A stretch of 64,000 nucleotides of DNA, from assembly GCA_963828165.1 (NCBI GenBank), contig CAWHDR010000001.1, positions 1,792,001 through 1,856,000 of the forward strand, in the 5' to 3' direction. Positions 19,678 to 30,498 of the stretch are shown here, piece after piece; positions within the stretch are counted from its first letter, which is position 1; every line of letters starts with the position of its first letter. A model generated the notes under the pieces. That model was not told the origin of the DNA. It did no database searches and was given only the letters and a program-made list of their open reading frames with translations. Source of the stretch: an uncultured Chloroflexia bacterium (GTDB lineage Bacteria > Chloroflexota > Limnocylindria > Limnocylindrales > CSP1-4). The position numbers and the translations under genes are program-made.

Positions 19678-20994
19678 GTGACTGAGGGGCCGGCGGAGTT
19701 GGTACGTGCGCCGGTCATCGGGCCGCATCAGCCGCTTCCGGATGAGGTCCTCGACGCCCTCGTCACCGTGCTCGACGAGGTTCGCCTCGGACGGTCGCGT
19801 TCCCGCTCCGAGCTCGTGGAGCGGACCGGCCTCGGCCGCGCGATCGTCGCGCGGCGGGTCCAGGAGCTGATCGATCGCGGGCTGTTGAGCGAGGGCGAGG
19901 TTGGCCCGAGCACCGGCGGTCGGCCGCCACGACAGCTCGCCTTCTGTGCGGACGCCGGGCACGTCCTGGTCGCCGACCTCGGCGCGACCAGTATCGACGT
20001 CGCCGTCACGGGCCTGGATGGCCGGATCCTCGGCCACCACGACGAGCCCGCCCGGATCGAGGACGGTCCCGAGCGGGCGCTCGAGCGCGTCGACGCGCTG
20101 TTCGATTCCTTGCTGCGTACCACGCAGGAGATCCCCGGCCGGCTGTGGGGGATCGGCATCGGCGTGCCTGGCCCCGTGGAATTCGACTCGGGGCGGCCGA
20201 TCTCGCCGCCGATCATGCCGGGCTGGGACGGCTACCCGATCCGGGAACGCCTCACCCAGCGTTATCGGGCGCCGGTCTGGGTCGATAACGACGTCAACCT
20301 GCTGGCGCTCGGGGAGTGGCGATCCGGTGTCGCGTCGGGTCACGACAACGTCGTGGTCGTCAAGATCGGGACCGGGATCGGCGCCGGCATCATCTCCGAC
20401 GGCCGCCTGCATCGAGGGGCCCAGGGAAGCGCCGGCGACGTGGGCCACATCCAGGTCACGGACGACCCGGCGATCGTGTGCCGGTGCGGCAATATCGGAT
20501 GCCTGGAGGCGCTCGCGGGTGGCGCGGCGCTCGGGCGCGCCGGGGAGGCTGCAGCACTCGACGGCCGGAGCCCCCGGCTGCAAGCCGCCTTCGACCTGCA
20601 CGGCAGCCTGTCGGCGGAGGATGTCGCCCGGGCCGCGTCATTCGGTGATCCGGTCGCCGTCGCGCAGCTGCAGGCCGCCGGTCGGCTGGTCGGCTCGATG
20701 CTGGCGGGCATCGTGAACTTCTTCAATCCATCGCTGATCGTCATCGGCGGCGGCGTGGCCAACAGTCCGGACCAGCTCATGGCTGCGATCCGCGGGACGA
20801 TCTATCGACGATCCCTGCCGCTCGCGACACGCGACCTGTCGATCCAGCGCTCCTCGCTCGGGGCGCTCGCCGGCGTCATCGGGGCTTCCTCGATGGTCGT
20901 GGACCAGCTGTTCGCCCGGGGGGCGATCGCCCGCTGGATCGAAGCCGGCGACCCGGCATCGATGCCGGACCTGCCGCTGGCGCGCGCGGGCTAG
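19678..20994 (+). CDS. ROK family transcriptional repressor (NagC/XylR-like)
   Basis: N-terminal HTH SRSELVERTGL, STGGRP, DNDVN, GTGIGAG, CRCGNIGCLE; start approximate. Confidence 0.9.
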   Translation: MTEGPAELVRAPVIGPHQPLPDEVLDALVTVLDEVRLGRSRSRSELVERTGLGRAIVARRVQELIDRGLLSEGEVGPSTGGRPPRQLAFCADAGHVLVADLGATSIDVAVTGLDGRILGHHDEPARIEDGPERALERVDALFDSLLRTTQEIPGRLWGIGIGVPGPVEFDSGRPISPPIMPGWDGYPIRERLTQRYRAPVWVDNDVNLLALGEWRSGVASGHDNVVVVKIGTGIGAGIISDGRLHRGAQGSAGDVGHIQVTDDPAIVCRCGNIGCLEALAGGAALGRAGEAAALDGRSPRLQAAFDLHGSLSAEDVARAASFGDPVAVAQLQAAGRLVGSMLAGIVNFFNPSLIVIGGGVANSPDQLMAAIRGTIYRRSLPLATRDLSIQRSSLGALAGVIGASSMVVDQLFARGAIARWIEAGDPASMPDLPLARAG

Positions 20995-21007
20995 GACTCG
21001 CGCGGGG

Positions 21008-21370
21008 TCAGTCGGCCGGTCGATCGCCGGCCGGGGCGCGGCGCTTCGCGACGAACGCCTCCGACTCCGTCGCGAGATCCAGCCAGGCATCGTCGGACGC
21101 CCGCTCCGAGACCGACAGCCACTCCTTCATCGGCCGGCCGTGACCCGGATCGAAGCGCTCGCCCTCACCCGCCGCGACCAGCGCGTCGACGCGTCCCCGG
21201 TCGAGCTTGACCACCAGCCGGTCCTTCACGAGCATCGCGAAGATCTTGCCGTTGGTCTTGAGCGACGTCGAACCGAACGCCTGCTGGGGTCGCGACTCGT
21301 TTCCGTACGTCGTGGCACCTTGAGCGAGGATCTTCTCGACGAGTGCCGCCCACCGTTCCTCCGCCGTCAT
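21008..21370 (-). CDS. Small TfoX-N/YjbR-like protein
   Basis: FGS..LKTNGKIFAML..RLVVKL...GRPMKEW; GGAGG RBS. Confidence 0.6.
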   Translation of the reverse strand: MTAEERWAALVEKILAQGATTYGNESRPQQAFGSTSLKTNGKIFAMLVKDRLVVKLDRGRVDALVAAGEGERFDPGHGRPMKEWLSVSERASDDAWLDLATESEAFVAKRRAPAGDRPAD

Positions 21371-21577
21371 GAGCCAGCCTCCAGGTGCCGGGTGGTCGCG
21401 TCACTCCGAGTGACGCACGCGTCACGAACCTGCATGAGTCGCCACCGACCTGGGCGATCTGGGCCCTCGACCACGCTCATTCATTCCCTACGTGCCACTG
21501 ATGGTGCCGCCGCAGGTCGCGCGATGCCGCCGAGGTTCATCGCCGGCCGAACCCCTCCCCGGCGCGCTCGACGAGCA

Positions 21578-22777
21578 TCACGCGCCCGCCACGACCCGGT
21601 CACTGAAGTCGCCCGAGCCCTCGTCCTTGAGGATCAGCTTGTGCCGCCCATCTGGCAGGATCTCGCGCTTGATCACGACCAGCCCGTCGTACAGCTCAGG
21701 CGTAGACGCGATGCGTGCCGTCGTGCCGCCACGCCAGTCCAGCTCGACCCCCTCCCACAGGCCGGACTTCGCCGACCGGTAGCACGCGTCCATGATCGCG
21801 TTGACGACGTACCCGTCGTAGAACGTCTCCTGGGGTGCACCACCAGCATCGATCGCGCGGAACATGTCGCTGAACATGTCCACGTAGCCGAGTTCGGACA
21901 CCTCGTCGCCGACCGGGAACAGCCACCCGGCTGACGTCTCCGCCTTCTCCGCAACGTAGCCGCCCCCGCCCCCGGCCGTGAACATCTCGAACCCGGTCCG
22001 CAGGAAGTGGTTCAGCCAGATCGTGCCGTGGGTACCGGCCACCTCGTCGCGCAGGTCCATGCCGCCGCGGAACGTCCAGCTGACCTCGAACTGCCCGATC
22101 GCTCCGGACTCGAAGCGGATCAGCGCCACCGCGTTGTCCTCGTCGGCGATGGGATGGACGAGCGTGTCGGTGTGGCACATGACGTCGACCGGCCGGTTCC
22201 CCTTGCCGACGAAGTTGCGGACGATCTCGATGCAGTGGCAGCCGAGGTCGATGATCGCCCCGCCGCCGGTGAGCCGTCCGTCCCAGAACCATGCGGAATG
22301 CGGCCCCGGATGCGTCTCGCGTGACCGGACCCAGGTCACGTCGCCGAGGGCGCCGTCCTGGACGGCCTTGATCGCCTTGAGCGTCTTGGGCGTGTAGCAC
22401 AGGTCCTCGAGATAGCCACCGAACACCCCGGCCGCCTCGACGACATCGAGCATGCGCTTCGCCTCTTCTGCGGTTCGTCCGAGGGGCTTCGTACAGAGGA
22501 TGGCCTTTCCGGCCTTCGCGGCCAGCCCGACCGCCTCCTCGTGGAGGAAGTTGGGCAGCGCGACGACCACGACGTCCGTTTCGGGATGGTTCACCGCCGC
22601 GGCCAGGTCGGCCGTCGACTCGGGGATCGACCAGCGCTCGCGGAACGCCGACCCGCGCCCCTCGCTGCGCGAGTACACGACCCGGACCTGGTCGCGGCCG
22701 CGCTGGCCGTGCAGGGTCATCGTGTAGAAGTCGGCGATGAGCCCGGTTCCCAGCATCGAGATGCGATGGCCGTCCAT
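21578..22777 (-). CDS. Gfo/Idh/MocA family oxidoreductase
   Basis: [33 protein letters not shown]; GAGGAGG RBS before the ATG at 22777. Confidence 0.88.
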   Translation of the reverse strand: MDGHRISMLGTGLIADFYTMTLHGQRGRDQVRVVYSRSEGRGSAFRERWSIPESTADLAAAVNHPETDVVVVALPNFLHEEAVGLAAKAGKAILCTKPLGRTAEEAKRMLDVVEAAGVFGGYLEDLCYTPKTLKAIKAVQDGALGDVTWVRSRETHPGPHSAWFWDGRLTGGGAIIDLGCHCIEIVRNFVGKGNRPVDVMCHTDTLVHPIADEDNAVALIRFESGAIGQFEVSWTFRGGMDLRDEVAGTHGTIWLNHFLRTGFEMFTAGGGGGYVAEKAETSAGWLFPVGDEVSELGYVDMFSDMFRAIDAGGAPQETFYDGYVVNAIMDACYRSAKSGLWEGVELDWRGGTTARIASTPELYDGLVVIKREILPDGRHKLILKDEGSGDFSDRVVAGA

Positions 22778-23779
22778 GTGGTCCTCCTCGGGGTGAGCGG
22801 TCAGGTGAGGGCTCGACGGCGCGGCCGCGAACGTGAACGCGCGCGCCGGATTGGTCACGAACAGGCGGTGGCGCACCGGACTCGTCCACCCCGCCGTCGG
22901 CCAGGATGCGGGTGAAGCCAGTCGAGCAGCCACACGAGCCCCGGGTCCACCGCCGTGGACCTTGTAGTAGCGACGACGGGCAGCATCCATCCCGAGGACG
23001 ATCCGTTCGACGTGCCCATCCTCGACCATCCAGCGGATGAGCTGGAGGGTCCCGTTCGGCTCGTCGTCCTCCCAGCGGAACGAGCCGTCGTACTCGCCGT
23101 AGGCCCCGGAGGCCAGCAGCTCGCGGTGATAGCCCCGATCGACGACCTTGTCGACGTGGCTCAGCACGATGTGTCGCGCCGCGACGCCGTGGTCGCGCAG
23201 GACCCGGATCTGCTCGAGCGCGCCCGCCCCGTGCTCGCAGTGGGTGAGGATCGGGACGCCCGTTCGGCGATGGGTCTCGGCGGCGGCCTCGAACACTCGC
23301 CGGTCGCGGGGTGACAGCCCGCCCTCGGACCCGGCGACCTTCACGACGCCGGCACGGAACGCGGTCCGGCGCACGACCGGCCCGGCGTAGTCATAGGCAT
23401 CGATGCCTTCAGTGACGTCCGCCGTGAACAGGTCGGCGAGCTCCTCGACCGAGACCCGGTGGCTCCAATGCGCCGGGCCGTAGTAGCGGTCGTGATGCAG
23501 TCCCGTGGGCGCAACGACCTGCACCCCGGTCCGCTTCGAGAGGTCCGCCAGCTTGACGACGTTGCGGCCTGCATCGCACGGCATCGCATCGACCACGGAG
23601 CGCAGCCCCAGCGCGGCCGCCTCGGCCAGCTCGGTCGCCATCGCCTCGACGTCCCCGAGATCGAATTCCGGCTCGAGCTCGACCGGCCGCCCGCCGTCGA
23701 TGACGAGGTGCTCGTGGGCGTAGGTCACCCCGAGCTCCTCGGGGGCGATGTCACCGAGCACGGTCCGGACGGAGGTCAT
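22778..23779 (-). CDS. Phosphotriesterase-family (PHP / lactonase-like) amidohydrolase; 3' end scrambled by indels and reads into the next gene
   Basis: VRTVLG, YAHEHL, GVVKVA, ILTHCE, LSHVDK, GMD, NPAR. Confidence 0.82.
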
Positions 23780-25128
23780 CGCACGATCGCCTCCGGCGCG
23801 TCGGCGACTTCCAGGATCGCGCCGTCGGCCCGCAGTCGATCGCGCAGGGCGCTCACCTCGACCTCGCGCGGATCGCGCCCGCCGGCCACCGACAGGGCCG
23901 CCGCGGTGCCCGCCGCCTGGCCCATCGCCATGCACTGGGCCATCGAGCGGACCGACGCGTGCGCGTCGTGGGTCGCGCTGAAACAACGGCCGGCGACCAG
24001 GACGTTCGCGGCGTCGCGGACCACGAGCGTCCGGTACGGGATCCCGACGGCCGCGCCGTCCGGCAGGTACTGCCAGACAGTGCCCGCGCCGCCGTGGTGG
24101 TCCTCGATGGGCGCACCGCACAGGCCGATGCCGTCGTCGAAGGCACGCGCGCCCAGGACGTCGTCCCGGGTCAACCGGTAATCGCCGTAGACGCGCCGGG
24201 TCTCGCGGACCCCGATCTGCGTCCCGAGCGCGACCAGTGACGCACCTTCGTACCCGGGCACGCGATCGACGAGGAACCGGACGTACTCGAGCGCCTGGCG
24301 CCGGCCGGCGATCTCAGCATCGGTCAGGAACCACGGGTCCGTCGCGTTGACGAGGCGGCCGTCGGTTTCGCGCCGGACCGAATCGAGTCTGGTCATGATC
24401 GTGGCCGTCACGCCGTCGATCGGGGTGATGTGGTCGCTGCCCTCGCGCCGAGGCAGGTCGTAGTCGCCCGAGTCCGCGGCCTCGGCCATCAGCCGGTGGA
24501 AATCGGCCTTGGGGATCGCGCGCCGCCGCTCGAGGTCGACGTTGGCCATGCGGAACGTCGTCGTCAGGGTCTGGGCCGGATCGACCTCACCCGCCGTCTC
24601 GTAGCCGAACCCCGCGAATGCGCACAGGTCCGCGTCGCCGGAGGCATCCACGAAGGCCTTCGCGCGCACGCGTGCGAGGCCGGCCCGCGTCGCGACGACG
24701 AGCGCCTCGACGCGCCCATCTCGGACCTCGGCCGCCTGCACGAGCGCGTGGAGCAGGGGGCGGGCGCCGGTTCCGGTCACCAGGCGCTCCCACACGACCT
24801 TGAGGTGCTCCGCGAGATAGGTCACGCCGGTCCCAGCGCCGTACGTGTTGGGCCGCTCCACGACCGGGCCCAGCTCCCGCAGGCCCGCCACGACGTCGTC
24901 GCCGATGCCACCGACCACCTTGCGCGCGGACGAACCCGGGGTGTAGAAGCCATAGAACGTGTCGAGGACCGCGGTGCTGGTGCCGCCGAGGAACGGCAGC
25001 CGGTCGATCAGCAGGACCGAGGCGCCACCTCGGGCAGCGGCGATGGCCGCCGTCGATCCGGCGGAGCCGGAGCCCACCACGCATACGTCGACGTCGGCGA
25101 TCGTGGGTGCCCGCGTCGTGAAGGTCAC
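23776..25128 (-). CDS. FAD-dependent oxidoreductase (FAD_oxidored family)
   Basis: [42 protein letters not shown]. Confidence 0.87.
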   Translation of the reverse strand: MTFTTRAPTIADVDVCVVGSGSAGSTAAIAAARGGASVLLIDRLPFLGGTSTAVLDTFYGFYTPGSSARKVVGGIGDDVVAGLRELGPVVERPNTYGAGTGVTYLAEHLKVVWERLVTGTGARPLLHALVQAAEVRDGRVEALVVATRAGLARVRAKAFVDASGDADLCAFAGFGYETAGEVDPAQTLTTTFRMANVDLERRRAIPKADFHRLMAEAADSGDYDLPRREGSDHITPIDGVTATIMTRLDSVRRETDGRLVNATDPWFLTDAEIAGRRQALEYVRFLVDRVPGYEGASLVALGTQIGVRETRRVYGDYRLTRDDVLGARAFDDGIGLCGAPIEDHHGGAGTVWQYLPDGAAVGIPYRTLVVRDAANVLVAGRCFSATHDAHASVRSMAQCMAMGQAAGTAAALSVAGGRDPREVEVSALRDRLRADGAILEVADAPEAIVR

Positions 25129-25937
25129 GGCTCGGCCGTGGAAGCGGGTTCGGGGGACACGGACGTCACCGACCAGCCGCCATCGACCTTGAGCATCTGG
25201 CCCGTGACGGCCCGCGATTCGTCGGAGAGGAAGTAGATGGCCGCCTGTGCCACCTCGTCGGGGTCGAGCATCTCGCCGGCGAGCGGCTGCTTCCGGCGGG
25301 CGTAGGCGAGGATCGCCGCATCGTCGGCCGCACGCTTGGCCATCGGCGTCCGCGTCAGCGACGGTGCCACGATGTTGACCCGGATGCCGTCGGGCGCGTA
25401 GGTCGCGGCCATCGTCGTCATCAGCGCCGTGAGGGCACCCTTGGCGGCGGCGTAGGCATGGGTCGCGAACAGGTCCGGCGCGGGGTCCGTGGTCGTGACG
25501 CTGCCCATCAGCAGGATCGAACCGCGCGTCCCGGAGGCGTTGGGTGATTGCTGGAGCATCTGGCGGACGACGGCGGAGCAGACCAGCACCTGGGTCCGCA
25601 GGTTGAGGGCAGCCGTGGCCTCCCAGGCGTCGCCGCTCACCGTGTGGATCGGGCCGTCACCGAACCGACGGCCGCTGCCACCTGCGACGGAGAACAGGCC
25701 ATCGATCCTGCCGAACCGTTCGACCGTCGCGGTCACGGCGGCGCCCACCTCGGCCTCCTCGGTCAGTTCGGCCCCCGCCCACGCGGCACCCAGGCGCTCC
25801 GCGAGGCCGCGGGCGTGGTCGGCCGTGCGCGACGTGACGAAGACGCTGGCTCCTTCGGCGACGCAGCGTTCCGCGGCCGCGGCGGCGATGCCGGTGGAAC
25901 CCGTGATGAGGATCACGCGATGGCGCAGGCGGTCCAT
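25125..25937 (-). CDS. SDR family oxidoreductase
   Basis: ITGSTGIA, YAAAK, GIRVN, VTGQ..VDGG. Confidence 0.9.
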   Translation of the reverse strand: MDRLRHRVILITGSTGIAAAAAERCVAEGASVFVTSRTADHARGLAERLGAAWAGAELTEEAEVGAAVTATVERFGRIDGLFSVAGGSGRRFGDGPIHTVSGDAWEATAALNLRTQVLVCSAVVRQMLQQSPNASGTRGSILLMGSVTTTDPAPDLFATHAYAAAKGALTALMTTMAATYAPDGIRVNIVAPSLTRTPMAKRAADDAAILAYARRKQPLAGEMLDPDEVAQAAIYFLSDESRAVTGQMLKVDGGWSVTSVSPEPASTAEP

Positions 25938-26037
25938 GCGTCAATGATGACTCGGCGGCCGAGTCGGGACGCAGTCGCGCGGGCCCTGCCTGGCCGCGGT
26001 GCGTCGCCGCACGTCCTGCGCTAGCATCGCTGGCATC

Positions 26038-27498
26038 ATGGAGGCACTCGCTACACCCCTTCTCGAAGAGGCCACGGGCGGTCGGGACGTCCTCCTCGAG
26101 ATGGACCTCCGCCGCGGCCAGCTCCGTCGCAACCTGCGTTGCGCCATTCGCGAGGCGATCCAGGACGGCCGGCTTGCCACGGGCACGCGCCTGCCTTCCT
26201 CGCGCCGGCTCGCCACGGACCTGCGGGTGTCGCGCGGGGTCGTCGCCGACACCTATGACCAGCTGACCGCGGAGGGCTATCTCGAGACCCAGCCGCGCCA
26301 GGCGCCCCTCGTCGCGGGCGTGGGTGCCGCGCCGCCGATCGCCGCCGAGCCGGCCCGCCCTAGCTGGGCCGTCGACTTCATCGCCACCACTCCGGACGTG
26401 GAGCTGTTCCCTCGTCGGGCCTGGATCCGCGCCGCGGAGCGAGCGCTGCGAGACGCCCCCAATGAAGCGTTCGACTACGGCGATCACCGCGGTCGCATCG
26501 AGCTCCGTCGGGCGCTCAGCGGCTACCTCGGCCGAGTTCGCGGCGTCCGTATCGAACCCGAGCGGATGGTCATCACCCAGGGCTTCACCCAGGGTCTCGA
26601 TCTCCTTGCGCGGGTGCTCCTGGCGCGCGGCTCGATGGAGATCGCGTTCGAGGCTCCGTCCCAGCCGACCGGCTGGGCCACCCCGGAGGCGGTGGGGCTG
26701 CGCGTGGTGGGTGTCCCGGTCGATGGCGATGGTGTCCGGACGGATGCGCTGGACGCGCTCGGCGCGGCCGCCATCGTCGTGACGCCGGCGCACCAGTTCC
26801 CGACGGGCGCCGTGATGGCGCCGGAGCGGCGCGCGGACCTCGTCGCGTGGGCCAACCGAGCGGACCGGCTCATCATCGAGGACGACTACGACGCCGAGTA
26901 CCGCTACGACCGCAACGCCATCGGCGCGATCCAGGGCCTGGATCCGTGCCGCGTGATCCACATCGGGACGGCCTCGAAGACGCTGGCGCCGGGCATCCGC
27001 CTGGGCTGGATGAGCCTGCCGGACACGCTGATCGACGAGGTTCGCGCCGCGAAGGCCGCTCAGGACTCCGGTTCTCCGTCGATCGAGCAGCTCGCGCTCG
27101 CCGCGCTCATCGACAGCGGCGACTACGACCGCCACGTGGCGCGTGCACGCCACGTCTACCGGCAGCGGCGCGACGCGCTGATCGCGGCGCTCGGCCGGCA
27201 CCTGCCCGGGCTCACCATCCAGGGCGCCGCGGCGGGACTGCACGTCCTGCTTCGATTGGCCGACGACGTGGACGACGTCGCGATCGCGGCCGCAGCCGCG
27301 GAGCGCGGGATCGGGATCAACCCGCTCTCGCCGATGTCACGCTCTGGCGCGCCGAGACGCGGGCTCGTGCTGGGCTACAGCCGATTGACGGTGGAACGGA
27401 TCGAGACGGCGGTGGGCGCCCTGGCGGTCGTACTCGCGGATGCCGGGGTGACCGCGCCGGGCCGCCCGGTTGCCTCAGCTCAGGCCTCGTCCTCGTAG
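26038..27498 (+). CDS. MocR/GabR family regulator (GntR HTH + PLP aminotransferase domain)
   Basis: LPSSRRLA...VSRGVV..Y.QL; TPAHQFPTG, EDDYDAEYRY, SKTLAPGIRLGW. Confidence 0.9.
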   Translation: MEALATPLLEEATGGRDVLLEMDLRRGQLRRNLRCAIREAIQDGRLATGTRLPSSRRLATDLRVSRGVVADTYDQLTAEGYLETQPRQAPLVAGVGAAPPIAAEPARPSWAVDFIATTPDVELFPRRAWIRAAERALRDAPNEAFDYGDHRGRIELRRALSGYLGRVRGVRIEPERMVITQGFTQGLDLLARVLLARGSMEIAFEAPSQPTGWATPEAVGLRVVGVPVDGDGVRTDALDALGAAAIVVTPAHQFPTGAVMAPERRADLVAWANRADRLIIEDDYDAEYRYDRNAIGAIQGLDPCRVIHIGTASKTLAPGIRLGWMSLPDTLIDEVRAAKAAQDSGSPSIEQLALAALIDSGDYDRHVARARHVYRQRRDALIAALGRHLPGLTIQGAAAGLHVLLRLADDVDDVAIAAAAAERGIGINPLSPMSRSGAPRRGLVLGYSRLTVERIETAVGALAVVLADAGVTAPGRPVASAQASSS

Positions 27499-27899
27499 TC
27501 CCAGGCCCGGATGACACCGGGCTCGACCCGGATCACGACCCCGGGCGCATAGGAGGAGACCATCCGCTCGGCCGCCTCGGGGCCGTCGTAGCGCAGGGCC
27601 GTCCGCCCGAGCACGTCGTAGAAGTCGTCCCCGGACACGGTCGCCTCGCCGCGGATCTCGAAGCCCTTGTACGGCCATTCGCTGTTGGCCACGACGACCG
27701 TGACCCGCGGGTCGCGCTGGACATGGGCGACCTTGCCGCCCTCCGGGGTTGGCACCCACACGTTGATGCCCCCGTCGCGCCACTCGAACCAGACCGGCGA
27801 GAGCATCACGGTGTCGTCCTTGCGTCGCGTGGCGAGGACCGCGATGAGTGGCTGCTCGAGCAGGTCGGCGACATCTTCGGCGCGGAGGTCAGTTCGCAT
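27480..27899 (-). CDS. Pyridoxamine 5'-phosphate oxidase-like (PPOX class, possibly F420-dependent) protein
   Basis: AVLAT.R.D...SPVWF, KVAHVQRDPRVTV, EIRGEA. Confidence 0.8.
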   Translation of the reverse strand: MRTDLRAEDVADLLEQPLIAVLATRRKDDTVMLSPVWFEWRDGGINVWVPTPEGGKVAHVQRDPRVTVVVANSEWPYKGFEIRGEATVSGDDFYDVLGRTALRYDGPEAAERMVSSYAPGVVIRVEPGVIRAWDYEDEA

Positions 27900-28839
27900 C
27901 GGTCGGGACTCCACTGGTGGGGGAGGAGAGCCGGTTCGGTCCAAACCGTCCGAACCCGATCCGGCTGTTGACGAGCGCGATGCCCCCGACGATCAGCCCC
28001 AGCCCGGCGAGCAGGCGCCCATCGAGCGGCTCGTGGAGCACGAGCACGCCAAGGGTGACACCGAACACCGGCAGCAGGTACGCAACGACGGCCGTCCCGG
28101 CGGCACCGCGCCGGCCGAGGAGCCCGAAGAAGACGAGGTAGGCCACGCCGGACCCGAGCAATCCAAGCCACACGACCGCCAGGAGCGCCTCCGGCTCCAG
28201 GGTCAGCTCGAACGGGCGCTCAAGGACGAAGGCGAGCACGCTCGTGATCAGCAGCCCGAACCCGACCTGGAACAACGCCGGGATCATCGGCCGCAGGCCG
28301 CGCACGTTCCGCCGTGCGTAGACGGCGCCTGCCGCGTAGGAGATCGTGGCCGCGATGACGGCGAGCGCCCCGAGGAGGTCGACGCCAGCCGTAGCGGCCG
28401 GGTCGAAGCCCACGAGCAGCGCCACGCCCACGAAGCCAAGCAGCACGCCGACGACGCGTCCGACCGTCAGCGGCTCGTCGCGTAGGAAGATCGCGCCGAT
28501 CGGGATCACGAAGATCGGCACGGCGGCGTTGAGGACGGACGTCAACGTCGAGTCGACGTGCATCTCGGCCCAGGTGATGAGCGTGAATGGCACGGCGACG
28601 TTGATGGCGCCCATGACGAAGAGGTGACCGTAGATCCGCGCATCGCGCGGCAGCTGCTCACGGGCAGCGGCCACGACGACGGCAAGCAGCCCGAACCCGA
28701 TCAGCAATCGGAGCATCACGAGCGTGAATGGGGGAAGCCCCGCCTCGACGCCGATCTTGATGAACAGGAAGCTGCTGCCCCACAGGAACCCGAGGAGGAT
28801 GAAGAGGAGCCAGTCCGTGCGTGAGGTCGAAGCGGTCAT
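27889..28839 (-). CDS. EamA/DMT family transporter
   Basis: LWGSSFLFIKIG, ~10 TM helices, duplicated EamA halves. Confidence 0.88.
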   Translation of the reverse strand: MTASTSRTDWLLFILLGFLWGSSFLFIKIGVEAGLPPFTLVMLRLLIGFGLLAVVVAAAREQLPRDARIYGHLFVMGAINVAVPFTLITWAEMHVDSTLTSVLNAAVPIFVIPIGAIFLRDEPLTVGRVVGVLLGFVGVALLVGFDPAATAGVDLLGALAVIAATISYAAGAVYARRNVRGLRPMIPALFQVGFGLLITSVLAFVLERPFELTLEPEALLAVVWLGLLGSGVAYLVFFGLLGRRGAAGTAVVAYLLPVFGVTLGVLVLHEPLDGRLLAGLGLIVGGIALVNSRIGFGRFGPNRLSSPTSGVPTDAN

Positions 28840-28937
28840 GCCGCCATCGTCGCGGGCGGCTGGCTCCATGCCTAGGACCACGGAGCATGGCCTTGATGGG
28901 TCCAGTTGCCCGGACCATCCGGTCCACGTGCGTGCCG

Positions 28938-28966
28938 TTGACGGCGCTCCCGCGGCGGTCTATGCT
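28938..28966 (+). promoter_or_regulatory. Sigma70-type promoter of rho
   Basis: TTGACG-N17-TATGCT. Confidence 0.6.
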
Positions 28967-29100
28967 CGGCGTATCCCGACGGTATCTGCGCTGCGGCGAC
29001 GCCTGCGCGCACCCCGCTCGGTCCCATGCGACCCGGACGCCCTCGCCCCAGGAAGAGTGCATCCGTCCCGCCTTCACCCATACAAGGTGACCCTGTTCAG

Positions 29101-30498
29101 ATGCCCGGACCCGGCCCCGACCAGCGCGACCGCTCCCGTAACCGACGACCCCGTCGACGTGCGCCCTTCGCCGGCGGCGGACGCGCGCCAGTAACCGAAT
29201 ACGAAGAGCAGCAGGAGCTCGAAGCCGCCAAGGAGCGGAACGACCTCGAGGTCAGCGATCTCCGCGAGATGAGCGTGACCGAGCTCAAGGCGATCGGGCG
29301 CGACCTGGAGCTCGAGACCGGATCCGCCGATCGCAAGGACGAGCTCGTCGATCAGATCCTCCAGCGCCAGACGGAGCGCGCCGGCCACGCCTACGCGACC
29401 GGCATCCTCGACATCGTCGACGAGGGCTTCGGGTTCATGCGCCGCCACGGCCTGCTGCCGAGCCCGGAGGACGTGTACGTCAGCTCCAGCCAGGTGCGCC
29501 GCTTCGGCCTGCGCATCGGCGACCGCATCTCCGGTGCCGTGCGCGCACCGCGCGAGGCGGAGAAGTACTGGGGCATGCTGCGGGTCGACGCGGTCAACGG
29601 CGTCGACACGGATACGGCTCGCCGTCGCCCGGTCTTCGGCGACCTGACCCCGGTCCACCCCGACGTCCTCATCAACCTCGAGACGGATTCCAAGAACCTC
29701 AGCCAGCGGCTGATCAATCTGGTCAATCCGATCGGCAAGGGCCAGCGTGCCCTGATCGTCAGCCCGCCCAAGGCCGGCAAGACGATGCTCCTCAAGCAGA
29801 TCGCCAACGGCGTGAGCGCGAACTACCCGGAGATCCTGCTCATGGTCGCGCTCATCGGCGAGCGCCCCGAGGAAGTCACGGACATGCGCCGCAGCGTCAA
29901 GGGCGAGGTCATCTCCTCGACGTTCGACGAGCCGACCGAGAACCACACGCACGTCGCCGAGATGGCCCTCGAGATCGCCAAGCGCCAGGTCGAAACCGGG
30001 CGCGACGTCGTGATCCTGCTCGACTCCATCACGCGACTCGCACGTGCCTACAACCTCGCGCTGCCGCCCAGCGGCCGAACGCTGTCCGGTGGCATCGACC
30101 CGATCGCGCTGTACCCGCCCAAGCGGTTCTTCGGTGCCGCCCGGAACATCGAGGAGGGCGGCTCGCTCACGATCATCGGCACCTGCCTGGTCGACACCGG
30201 ATCGCGCATGGACGACGTGATCTACGAGGAATTCAAGGGCACCGGCAACTCGGAGCTCATCCTCGATCGGAAGCTCGCCGAGAAGCGAATCTTCCCGTCG
30301 ATCGACGTGCAGCGCTCGGGCACCCGCCGTGAGGAGCTGCTGCTCGAGGAAGGCACACTCAAGATGGTCTGGACGATGCGCCGGATGCTGTCGGCGGTCG
30401 GGACCAACGAGGGCATCGAGATCCTGCTCAACCGCCTTTCGAAGACGCAATCGAACGCGGATTTCCTCGCGTCGCTCACGAAGAACCTCGACGCCTGA
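29101..30498 (+). CDS. rho: Transcription termination factor Rho
   Basis: GFGFMR, DVYVS, PIGKGQRALIVSPPKAGKT, ERPEEVTD, LLDSITRLARAYN, EEFKGTGN; start approximate. Confidence 0.97.
   Translation: MPGPGPDQRDRSRNRRPRRRAPFAGGGRAPVTEYEEQQELEAAKERNDLEVSDLREMSVTELKAIGRDLELETGSADRKDELVDQILQRQTERAGHAYATGILDIVDEGFGFMRRHGLLPSPEDVYVSSSQVRRFGLRIGDRISGAVRAPREAEKYWGMLRVDAVNGVDTDTARRRPVFGDLTPVHPDVLINLETDSKNLSQRLINLVNPIGKGQRALIVSPPKAGKTMLLKQIANGVSANYPEILLMVALIGERPEEVTDMRRSVKGEVISSTFDEPTENHTHVAEMALEIAKRQVETGRDVVILLDSITRLARAYNLALPPSGRTLSGGIDPIALYPPKRFFGAARNIEEGGSLTIIGTCLVDTGSRMDDVIYEEFKGTGNSELILDRKLAEKRIFPSIDVQRSGTRREELLLEEGTLKMVWTMRRMLSAVGTNEGIEILLNRLSKTQSNADFLASLTKNLDA

Noticed and set aside
21375-21460. 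Possible branched RNA structure upstream of the TfoX-like gene
   Set aside because: One 8-bp hairpin plus short flanking pairings is within chance at this GC content; no recognisable motif.
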